A DNA stretch of 64,000 nt. It comes from a virus. A program made the position numbers and the translations under genes. A model generated the notes under the pieces. That model saw nothing but the letters and a program-made list of their open reading frames with translations, ran no database searches and was not told where the DNA came from. Shown piece after piece: positions 56,942 through 64,000 of the stretch (the first letter of the stretch is position 1; every line of letters begins with the position of its first letter). The stretch is from positions 8,859-72,858 of IMG/VR virus record IMGVR_UViG_3300043466_001759; one strand, written 5' to 3'.

Positions 56942-57247
56942 TCAACGATTATTTCCAAGAGCTAACGCTTCCTTTAGACCCATGGTCACCAACCTTGCAC
57001 GAAGAGTCGATTCATTGATCTTGTACTTTTCAGCCCACTCCTTAACCGTCATCCGCTTTCCGTCGTACTCAATCCCGCAACTTCCGCAGCTGGAAGTATG
57101 TCCGCTACGCAAGTGATCCAAGCGAACTTCCGTTTTGTTTCCGCACGAGCAAACGCACCAGAATTTCCTTCTTGGAGTCGATGTCGATTCATGAATTACA
57201 GTTAATTCACCATACTTCTCTCCTTTTTGAACCTTTATTCTTTTCAT
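56942..57247 (-). CDS. homing-endonuclease-derived DNA-binding protein lacking the nuclease core
   Basis: KYGELTVI..WCVCSCG..LRSGHTSSCG joined directly to IEYDGKRMTVKEWAEKY..TLRARL. Confidence 0.65.
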   Translation of the reverse strand: MKRIKVQKGEKYGELTVIHESTSTPRRKFWCVCSCGNKTEVRLDHLRSGHTSSCGSCGIEYDGKRMTVKEWAEKYKINESTLRARLVTMGLKEALALGNNR

Positions 57248-57340
57248 TTGAATTCACCTCTCCGCGTAGCTTACCACAATAACCCCTACAACGTAAACTA
57301 AGACGGATCGAGTTTTTTCTGCCATTTATCTGAGAAAAGC

Positions 57341-57949
57341 ATGATTATTGCCGCATACGTCTTTGCGAACAAGTTTGCCAACAACGAGACAGCTCAAGTC
57401 CGAGCTATCCAAAAGTGGATCTCAAGCAACCGCATCAAGCCATCAACAGTCCAGTGGTACTTCGACCGCGAGATCGGCATCGACAACTTCCGACCCGAGT
57501 TCGCGCAGCTCCAGCGTGACATCGAGGCCAAGGCTGTCGGTACTGTACTGATCTACAGCCTCAACCGTATCGCCTGTTCGTTCAAGTCCGGACTAGAGGT
57601 TCTCGAGGCTTGGTGCAAGAAGGACGTTCGCGTAGTTAGTGTCTATCAGTCGTTTGACATCAAGTCAGACTACGAGAATGTTACTGCGCTGATCAAGGCA
57701 ATTTCAACATGGAACCTCGAGATTCGCAAGGAGCGACAAGCCATCGGTATGCAATCTGCCCGGCAAAAAGGTAGACTGCATGGGCGCAGAAAAGGAGCTT
57801 TCAAAGCTGGAGTCAACTACAAGAGAGCCGCATTGCTGCGCAGAAGAGGCAGGACAATCAAACAGATCGCTACAGCCCTAGGAGTATCCGCGAGCACTGT
57901 ATCGCGATACCTGAAACACGCTAAGTCACTCGAACAGCAACGAGACTAA
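57341..57949 (+). CDS. resolvase/invertase-like serine recombinase fold with degenerate active site and C-terminal HTH
   Basis: RPEF..L..DI...VLIYSLNRI, ERQ..G...AR.KG...GR, TIKQIATALGVSASTVSRYL; YxRVS motif replaced by YVFAN. Confidence 0.75.
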   Translation: MIIAAYVFANKFANNETAQVRAIQKWISSNRIKPSTVQWYFDREIGIDNFRPEFAQLQRDIEAKAVGTVLIYSLNRIACSFKSGLEVLEAWCKKDVRVVSVYQSFDIKSDYENVTALIKAISTWNLEIRKERQAIGMQSARQKGRLHGRRKGAFKAGVNYKRAALLRRRGRTIKQIATALGVSASTVSRYLKHAKSLEQQRD

Positions 57950-58321
57950 CACTGACGTTAAGTCAGCGAGATTAACTGACTGTAGTACGAGCGCACCCCA
58001 GGCCCAATAAAGGATGCAGTCTCGCGTGTTGTCGGAAATCAGGGTGATTTTCCCTGATACTGGTTAACAAAGCTTACTCTAAACAGTGATTGGCGGTGGC
58101 CTGTGAAACCACTTGCTCGCCTTTTCCTGTAAACGCGTTCACTCTGCACCCAGCCTGCTGCTCCTGTACGACCCTTAAGGTTAGGAATTCGTGACCGCAC
58201 CACAGATGTGCCACAAAACTCGGTCCCATGCACTTTGGCGGTCTTCTACAGATCGGACAACTTGCTCAAGCGACTGATCGTACAAGCGACAGTTGTCTGC
58301 CATTAAACTCATACGAAAAGT

Positions 58322-58352
58322 GCTCCCCCTCAATTGTGGCACGAGGGGGAGC
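58322..58352 (-). terminator. strong hairpin/terminator downstream of tRNA-Met
   Basis: gctccccctc...gagggggagc stem followed by a T-run on the minus strand. Confidence 0.55.
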
Positions 58353-58459
58353 GATTGTGCGAAAAAGCAAAACAGACCGCACAGATAGCGTCAAGAAACG
58401 CTAATTCTCCATTCAACAATCTATTCTTGCTTTTTCTACTTGGTGCCACCCAAGTCGAG

Positions 58460-58531
58460 TTGCGGGTAATGGAATCGAACCATTTACCTCTGGATTATGA
58501 GCCCAGCGAATCGCCATTCTTCTGACCCGCA
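58460..58531 (-). tRNA. tRNA-Met (CAT), initiator-like
   Basis: TGCGGGT/ACCCGCA acceptor, CTGGG-CTCATAA-TCCAG anticodon arm, AATGG-TTCGATT-CCATT T-arm; no encoded CCA. Confidence 0.85.
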
Positions 58532-58600
58532 AGAAAAATACTAATCAACGCTTTTTGCCAACGCAAGACTATTTTCAAAAATTTGGACGTCTTGTAACAG

Positions 58601-58813
58601 CTAGCATGGTCTTTCTTTTTTTCTCTGACAAGATGTCAGTAACTTCTGAGAACGCTTCCATGCAGCATAGCGTTTCCTAGCGTGCTTTGCCAATCGAGAG
58701 CATCTTTGCGATTTGTTCCTAGCTGCACGAAGCTTCCGCTCATCCCATTTTCGCTCAGATGGCGGATTGTAGTCAGCTGGCCAACATCCAGGGTTGTTTC
58801 CAAAGTAAACCAT
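58601..58813 (-). CDS. small basic hypothetical protein
   Basis: ORF following the upstream gene. Confidence 0.4.
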   Translation of the reverse strand: MVYFGNNPGCWPADYNPPSERKWDERKLRAARNKSQRCSRLAKHARKRYAAWKRSQKLLTSCQRKKERPC

Positions 58814-58820
58814 GGTTTTC

Positions 58821-59165
58821 CTAGTCGCACTTAGAAGTGTCTACATTAAACAAAATTTCCATAATTCTGTCTGCAGCCTTGATAGCAAACTCTCTGTCGC
58901 CGCCCTCGTCAACAAACGCCATGGCAATGTTGCTATGCCACACCCAAACAAGATCAGAATCTTTTTGCATCTTCTTGGCAATGATGTCTATTTGCGGCAT
59001 AATGCCTTGATCTGCAGGCTCTGGCTTCGCGTCATAGAGCACCTTGGCAAGCCTCCACGCTTCTAGTGCATCTTCTTCAAAGCTTGTGCCTCGTCTTGGA
59101 TCACTTACCAGAGACGACATGATCTGTATCGCTGCAAACTCAATAAAATCTGGTTGTTGATTCAT
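58821..59165 (-). CDS. hypothetical protein
   Basis: AGGAG RBS; WHSNIAMAFVDEG motif. Confidence 0.7.
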   Translation of the reverse strand: MNQQPDFIEFAAIQIMSSLVSDPRRGTSFEEDALEAWRLAKVLYDAKPEPADQGIMPQIDIIAKKMQKDSDLVWVWHSNIAMAFVDEGGDREFAIKAADRIMEILFNVDTSKCD

Positions 59166-59193
59166 AACTATCTCCTGAGTAAAAAACAAACAG

Positions 59194-59271
59194 AGGGGTG
59201 AGCGGGAGTCGAACCCGCAACTTCTTGTGCTTCCCTACAAGCTGACTTTCCTGGATTAAATCGACCACCCC
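59194..59271 (-). tRNA. tRNA-like gene with 8-nt anticodon loop
   Basis: GGGGTGG/TCACCCC acceptor; CTTGT-AGGGAAGC-ACAAG; GCGGG-TTCGACT-CCCGC. Confidence 0.6.
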
Positions 59272-59282
59272 AAACAAATGTG

Positions 59283-59480
59283 CTAAACCACCCAGCCTTT
59301 CCATTGGCTATCGTTTTTGTTTTCCGCCATCTCGCGAACTCTCTTCGGGATGTTTACAGGATCATGAGCCTTCTGCAAATCCTCGTAGGCCTTGATCCTA
59401 GCATCATCAAACGAAAAACCAGCTTCGGTTTGCATGATGGCTACTCGTTCCAAGTACAACTCTGTCAAATCATTTTTCAT
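59283..59480 (-). CDS. small hypothetical protein
   Basis: ERVAIMQTEAG...A motif common in phage replication regions. Confidence 0.55.
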   Translation of the reverse strand: MKNDLTELYLERVAIMQTEAGFSFDDARIKAYEDLQKAHDPVNIPKRVREMAENKNDSQWKGWVV

Positions 59481-59518
59481 TTGGTATGCCCAGATAGATT
59501 GATTCGATTATTTAACAG

Positions 59519-59630
59519 AGGCTAGAGTTGGAGTCGAACCAACACGATCGCTACCATCAGGTCATGACTCCCTACTCTTGCGACACACTATCACCTTGCG
59601 GGTGACGCTCTACCTTTGAGCTACCTAGCC
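59519..59630 (-). tRNA. tRNA-like RNA with 5-nt anticodon loop and ~47-nt variable insertion
   Basis: GGCTAGG/TCTAGCC acceptor; GCTC-AAAGGTA-GAGC D-arm; TCACC-CGCAA-GGTGA; GTTGG-TTCGACT-CCAAC. Confidence 0.7.
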
Positions 59631-59790
59631 ATAGTGCCGGTCTTTCCCGGCTGTCCGGTTGCCTTGCCCTCTATGGAGAAAAGGCCTCAACCTGCACTGG
59701 ATACTCAACTTGTTGGCCGACTCTCGGTGCCCACCGGCCTGTTGAACTTGATGCGACAATGCAGCCAAAAAACGCATCAAGATTTATGTC

Positions 59791-60171
59791 TTAGCTCACC
59801 AAAGCAGATCGTCTTGCCTCGATCGTTTCTTTCCAAAGTGCGTTCAACTGCTGGAGGCACTCGTCTAAAGTTCCTTCCATCATAGGAACCTCAGCATTAC
59901 ACAAGTAGTCATGGATCTCTTCTAACGGACACCATGCTTCATTCCAACTGCATCCGTGGCGAATCTCCTCAGCTGCGATCGACAACTGCTTTCGTTTGCA
60001 CTCGTCGCAAACATAGTAAGAGTAGAAGTCACCTTCCATCTTACCAGCGTTGTATTCTACCTTGATCCCTACGGGAATTCTCTTGAAGCAACAGTCGCAC
60101 TGATGCTCCTTTCGCGTCTTTACGATCCTGGAATTGTGGAACTCTGGAACGTAGTCGTAATCAAAGCACAT
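59791..60171 (-). CDS. Zn-finger phage protein
   Basis: KTRKEHQCDCC...YVCDEC. Confidence 0.7.
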   Translation of the reverse strand: MCFDYDYVPEFHNSRIVKTRKEHQCDCCFKRIPVGIKVEYNAGKMEGDFYSYYVCDECKRKQLSIAAEEIRHGCSWNEAWCPLEEIHDYLCNAEVPMMEGTLDECLQQLNALWKETIEARRSALVS

Positions 60172-60532
60172 TGCTTTCCTCCACTGTACATCGAGACTCC
60201 ATAGCCTGCTCCAAGGTTGGATGTCGTTTGTGAAGCATACCATCTCGAGATACGCGGTTGTGAAGCAAGATCTTAACTCCACGCATCCCGTAGTTGTCGA
60301 CCTCTGCGCGAAGACCAAGGTCGTGTGAAGCGATAACAATCTTTGTCAGCTTGTCATCGTCATACGTCGATAATCCGCCCCAAGGAACAATCTGGTAGAA
60401 ATGTCCCATGCACTCGCATTTCCTGACGCGATGAACGCCACCGAACACGAACGAGACGAACTCGTTTACTTTATCCGACAAGGGAAGCTCGATCGGATCC
60501 ATTAGAGCAGGCCCCACAGGTTCGACAAACAC
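60161..60532 (-). CDS. hypothetical phage protein
   Basis: LSTYDDDKLTKIVIASHD..LRAE...HPTLEQA motif. Confidence 0.65.
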   Translation of the reverse strand: MFVEPVGPALMDPIELPLSDKVNEFVSFVFGGVHRVRKCECMGHFYQIVPWGGLSTYDDDKLTKIVIASHDLGLRAEVDNYGMRGVKILLHNRVSRDGMLHKRHPTLEQAMESRCTVEESNVL

Positions 60533-60819
60533 CTGGGCTCTTTTGCTGACACCTTGTCAGTGTCTAGTCTTGGGTTCAGCACGGTAGCCATAGGCTCGAC
60601 CGCAACCGAGAATGTCTTTAAGAAATCGTTCTCATCGTCTGCATCGTAGGTCTCGACCTTTATTACGCAAAACGTTAAACCTCGCCTCCTGGCCTCTTCA
60701 ATCGCATGCTCACGAACAGCATGGAAGGTCACCGCGTTACCGTAATTCAAAAACGGACCCTCTATCAAGTTTGATTCGTCGTCAGCTTCGATCTCTACCG
60801 TTCGGCATCGCTTGTTCAT
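60502..60819 (-). CDS. hypothetical protein
   Basis: GGAGA RBS. Confidence 0.55.
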   Translation of the reverse strand: MNKRCRTVEIEADDESNLIEGPFLNYGNAVTFHAVREHAIEEARRRGLTFCVIKVETYDADDENDFLKTFSVAVEPMATVLNPRLDTDKVSAKEPRCLSNLWGLL

Positions 60820-61030
60820 TATCTATCTCCAAGTAAAAGTAAAAAACGCATCGGCCGGGAACTTCCCCCGAAAAAGTGTCGTCACTTCCTGACTACCTGC
60901 CGCTCGCGTGAATCGTTAAGTCCCCTAGAGGTAGTTCAGTTGCACTTGGCAATACCGATGCGTACCGATGGCTCTCGGCAGACTCACCACTCATCATGCA
61001 GGTGACTCGCGTCACGTTCTTCAACGTGAG

Positions 61031-61098
61031 TAGCATCTGTTGGAGTCGAACCAACGTTTCGGAGATATAAGCTCCAATGCCTTACCACAGGAGATGCT
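61031..61098 (-). tRNA. tRNA-Ile (TAT)-like gene with reduced D-arm
   Basis: AGCATCT/AGATGCT acceptor; TGGAG-CTTATAT-CTCCG; GTTGG-TTCGACT-CCAAC; only 68 nt. Confidence 0.6.
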
Positions 61099-61366
61099 AA
61101 GTGCCAGGGTTGTCGAGTTGTACCTGGCTCCCTTCGCTAGAAGGACAATCACTGCGACGTCAGTAACCAACGGGCTGATTAACGTGGAGCCGAACCACGT
61201 ATTGCACACCAAGGATGAAAAATGTTAACGACTTGGTCACAATATGCACTGGATCTGTCACCACTATCCAAATGACTACGGCTCTCGGTGCCCACCGCTC
61301 TCAGAAATAATACCAACACTGCCCCGCAGACGCAAGACAAAAATGGTAACGTTACCACCTGTGGGC

Positions 61367-61627
61367 TTAGCCTTCTTGGTGAACAATCATTTCAGGTTGA
61401 ACAATAATTCCGCAATCGCCGCCACGATGGTTGATTTGGTGAATCGTAGCGGTTGGATACTCCGCCAAGACCAGTTCATTGACCTTGGCAGAATCTGTAG
61501 CCGCGACCATCACATGAACGTTCTTCTTGGTTGGGTACTCATGCACCTCGTCACCATGCTTGTACCGGTGAATCGAGGGAATAGAGAATCGAACATCCCA
61601 GAACTTTGCTTCCGCACTAAACTTCAT
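61367..61627 (-). CDS. hypothetical protein
   Basis: GAGGA RBS. Confidence 0.6.
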   Translation of the reverse strand: MKFSAEAKFWDVRFSIPSIHRYKHGDEVHEYPTKKNVHVMVAATDSAKVNELVLAEYPTATIHQINHRGGDCGIIVQPEMIVHQEG

Positions 61628-61634
61628 ATCGTCC

Positions 61635-61898
61635 TCATTTCTTAACTAAGATTACTCGTTGCCTAACAATCGCCTGCTGCGCAATAAACGCTCGGCATTC
61701 TTCTTCGGTATCAAACACTGACACTCTGACACCAGCAAACAATGGCGTTTCGCCACTTGATACGCTTGCTGCGTCTTTCTTGAGAAACTCCCAAGTCTCT
61801 TTGGTCATGCAGTAAGAGCCAAGCTCTTGGAGCATGTGCTTCGTCTGCGCTGCTATCATGGCAATTGATGACGGACCTTTTTGTGGACCAATGCTCAT
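61635..61898 (-). CDS. hypothetical protein
   Basis: ATGA coupling. Confidence 0.6.
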   Translation of the reverse strand: MSIGPQKGPSSIAMIAAQTKHMLQELGSYCMTKETWEFLKKDAASVSSGETPLFAGVRVSVFDTEEECRAFIAQQAIVRQRVILVKK

Positions 61899-62128
61899 GT
61901 CTCGCCTCGTGCTTTCTTGATGACTAAACGCGCCTGCATTAAAACTTCCGGCGTTAGATCAACACAGCTATCGATTGCACTGTAAAGCAAATCCACCGCT
62001 TCCAGCAACTCATCGCAACCTGATGCCGCGTGACCCGCTTGGTAGGCGTCAAACATCGCCTTAAAAACGTTTGAGTCTATCCTTTCGTAAGCGTCTAGCC
62101 ACGCTTCAAACTGCTCTCGCAAACTCAT
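61895..62128 (-). CDS. hypothetical protein with ELLEA..KARGE C-terminal module
   Basis: ATGA coupling; shared C-terminus. Confidence 0.65.
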   Translation of the reverse strand: MSLREQFEAWLDAYERIDSNVFKAMFDAYQAGHAASGCDELLEAVDLLYSAIDSCVDLTPEVLMQARLVIKKARGET

Positions 62129-62418
62129 GCCTCGCCTCTTGCTCTTTTTACAGCCAGCAACGCTGCCTGCCACTTGGGAAACATCATTTCATCGTATTCA
62201 TCTTCTGGCACAAAGTCGCAACGCTCTGCTTCGTGACATTCGATTGACTTGCAAACATCTTCTAATGTACGCAGTAGCTCTGTATTAATTGCCAAACCTT
62301 TTTGAAAAGCATTGATAGCTCTAACTGCGGTAGAGTAGACGCCCTGCACAGATCCAAAGTGCTTAATGCTCAATTCTGTCATCTCGTGCTTGGCGATCTC
62401 AATCTCTTCGTTGGTCAT
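62125..62418 (-). CDS. hypothetical protein with ..RARGE C-terminal module
   Basis: ATGA coupling; shared C-terminus. Confidence 0.65.
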   Translation of the reverse strand: MTNEEIEIAKHEMTELSIKHFGSVQGVYSTAVRAINAFQKGLAINTELLRTLEDVCKSIECHEAERCDFVPEDEYDEMMFPKWQAALLAVKRARGEA

Positions 62419-62669
62419 GTTTCGCCTCGTGCTTTCTTGACAGCCTCTTGTGCAGGCTTCAACAAGTATGTCGGCCAGCCTGCTTGCGTTGCCTTGTCTA
62501 GCATCCATTCAAGCTCTTCAAGCAAATCGGGAGCCGCCTTGAACAGCAATGCATTGGCATGTGTTTGCTCAGGATGTTCATTGCTGATCTTTGCAACAGA
62601 AAATCCTGTCGTCTCCGTGTAGATGAGGTTACCGCAGATCCCATACGGCCCAGGTGTGTGACTACTCAT
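62415..62669 (-). CDS. HTPGP..ANA.L..AAPDLLE..KARGE family phage protein
   Basis: Widespread phage early-protein motif. Confidence 0.75.
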   Translation of the reverse strand: MSSHTPGPYGICGNLIYTETTGFSVAKISNEHPEQTHANALLFKAAPDLLEELEWMLDKATQAGWPTYLLKPAQEAVKKARGET

Positions 62670-63465
62670 TTTCTATAACAACTCCGAATGGTGTACCGTC
62701 TTGACGCTTGAAAGTAATAAGAGCGTCATGGAAGTCTACAAAACCACGACCCCCAAAAACAATGCCCGAATCCGAAACTCGCATCACCTTGACCGCATTA
62801 CCGCTTTCATCAATCCACCATCCATCGCAATGAGCCAACGCCTCATCTCGGTTTGCAAACTTCCTGTAATCTTTATGCGGCGGATCAACTTCGCGGATAA
62901 GCCAAGATTCGGGATTTGTGTTTTCTCCTTTGTCGTCGTACCACAATGGAGCTATCTTCCAAGCAGGACGATATCCCATGACATCGCAAGACGAGTACGG
63001 CTCACACGGCCCGACAATCTTTCCGTCTTGCCGTTCGTACCATGCCCCTTCGCGCATCTGAAGATTTATCCCTATCTTGCGAGCCATGGGTAAATGATCT
63101 TCCAGGCTGAACTTCTCGCCAAAAACAACTGAATGCGAATCTATGACATTCCATGCACCACCAGAAAAAGCCATATCGCCATATTTGATCTTCTCGCCTT
63201 CTTTTAGTAGGCCCCAACCATCTGGTGCTTTTATTGGCTTCGGTGGCTTCCAATCAAAGCCAGTGCAGTCAGGGAGGTGCTCAACGATGTCCCAGTTAAC
63301 GTTGTTGCAAACATGCTTTCCATCGCTAGCAACGTAGTAGCAACTATTCCATGCTTCGACTACAAAAGAGCCAGCGTAACGAATGCCACCTGCGACTACT
63401 CTCACAATGCTTCCGCCTCGCGTCCTATACCACTGCCCCGCCTCTAACTTAATTTCGCTTTCCAT
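62662..63465 (-). CDS. modular hypothetical protein
   Basis: Repeated EAGQWYRTRGG / EGAWYERQDG modules; DGTPFG end. Confidence 0.7.
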   Translation of the reverse strand: MESEIKLEAGQWYRTRGGSIVRVVAGGIRYAGSFVVEAWNSCYYVASDGKHVCNNVNWDIVEHLPDCTGFDWKPPKPIKAPDGWGLLKEGEKIKYGDMAFSGGAWNVIDSHSVVFGEKFSLEDHLPMARKIGINLQMREGAWYERQDGKIVGPCEPYSSCDVMGYRPAWKIAPLWYDDKGENTNPESWLIREVDPPHKDYRKFANRDEALAHCDGWWIDESGNAVKVMRVSDSGIVFGGRGFVDFHDALITFKRQDGTPFGVVIENE

Positions 63466-63523
63466 AATAAAACCCTTCTCTGCTTGTTTGTGTAAAACCA
63501 ATCAACTACCTACCGCCTTGAAT

Positions 63524-63775
63524 TTACTGAATAGGGCGATCTGCGTTGTCCTTTTCCATAGCCAACATTAACTGCCGCAGCGCGTCTAAAGTATTTGGCG
63601 AGCGTCCTCCGCTAACGCAAAACTCAACTGTCACGCCAAAAGGAGACCCCTCGTAATCCGTGTCGCTCTTGCTAGGACGAATGTTGACGATCATATCTCC
63701 GTCGCGTTGCTGCAGTAAGACCAGCTTTCCATCTGGCGACATGTCTTCGTTTCGTTCAACTTGCTTGCTTGCCAT
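63524..63775 (-). CDS. hypothetical phage protein
   Basis: GGAG RBS; VEFC.SGGRSP.T..AL..L..AM.KDN motif. Confidence 0.7.
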   Translation of the reverse strand: MASKQVERNEDMSPDGKLVLLQQRDGDMIVNIRPSKSDTDYEGSPFGVTVEFCVSGGRSPNTLDALRQLMLAMEKDNADRPIQ

Positions 63776-63812
63776 ATCAACTCCAATTTAAAACAAGAAT
63801 ACCCATTAACCA

Positions 63813-63995
63813 TCAGGGATTGCTTTGTTCCCAAACCCTGTCGTGTGACACAAGGCCTCTCAACTGCTGCTCATTCGTCTTCTTCCTTGTGCAGACAATT
63901 GCAACGATCTCAGCCATCGTGCGACCCTCGAGATGCGCAGCTACTTCGCGAACAGCTCTCGCTAACGATTTCCACTGCCTGTCGCTCAGAAGCAT
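63813..63995 (-). CDS. hypothetical protein (may extend beyond the window)
   Basis: ORF at the window edge. Confidence 0.4.
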   Translation of the reverse strand: MLLSDRQWKSLARAVREVAAHLEGRTMAEIVAIVCTRKKTNEQQLRGLVSHDRVWEQSNP

Positions 63996-64000
63996 ATTGT

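Noticed and set aside
57341-57949. Active invertase switching tail fibres, or an integrase
   Set aside because: Catalytic motif is missing, there is no large C-terminal integrase domain, and no inverted fibre cassette was seen.
3559-63995. Self-targets of the decoded guides within this window
   Set aside because: By-eye comparison with the translated ORFs found no match; the phage's own P-loops and the KYGELTV motif differ. Non-coding or off-frame matches were not exhaustively excluded.

Overview
The window is most of a ~64 kb tailed dsDNA phage genome or prophage with podovirus-like organisation. A Planctomycetota-like host is a weak inference. Almost all genes are on the minus strand: small early genes with several tRNA and tRNA-like genes (58-64 kb); terminase, portal, scaffold and capsid (50-57 kb); tail and ejection genes ending in a 4862-aa polyvalent protein (16.6-49 kb); a papain-like protease/thioredoxin module; and recombination/replication genes (3.5-14.2 kb). 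The standout is a plus-strand island (about 130-3495). It holds a lone 185-aa RAMP/Cas7-like gene surrounded by nine non-coding units. Each unit is an in-register run of GGY-NN pentamers ending in (GGCAA)n-GGTT or a close variant, and eight of the nine are followed by a structured cap. The variable NN dinucleotides, read as codon positions 1-2 with the wobble base skipped, spell recognisable protein motifs: a Walker A P-loop and the RFWGTRGS start of MBL-fold hydrolases. This suggests a minimal RNA-guided system that uses a non-contiguous code. It matches my recollection of recently reported 'VIPR'-type systems, which I cannot verify here. All family assignments are from motif reading by eye; no searches were run.
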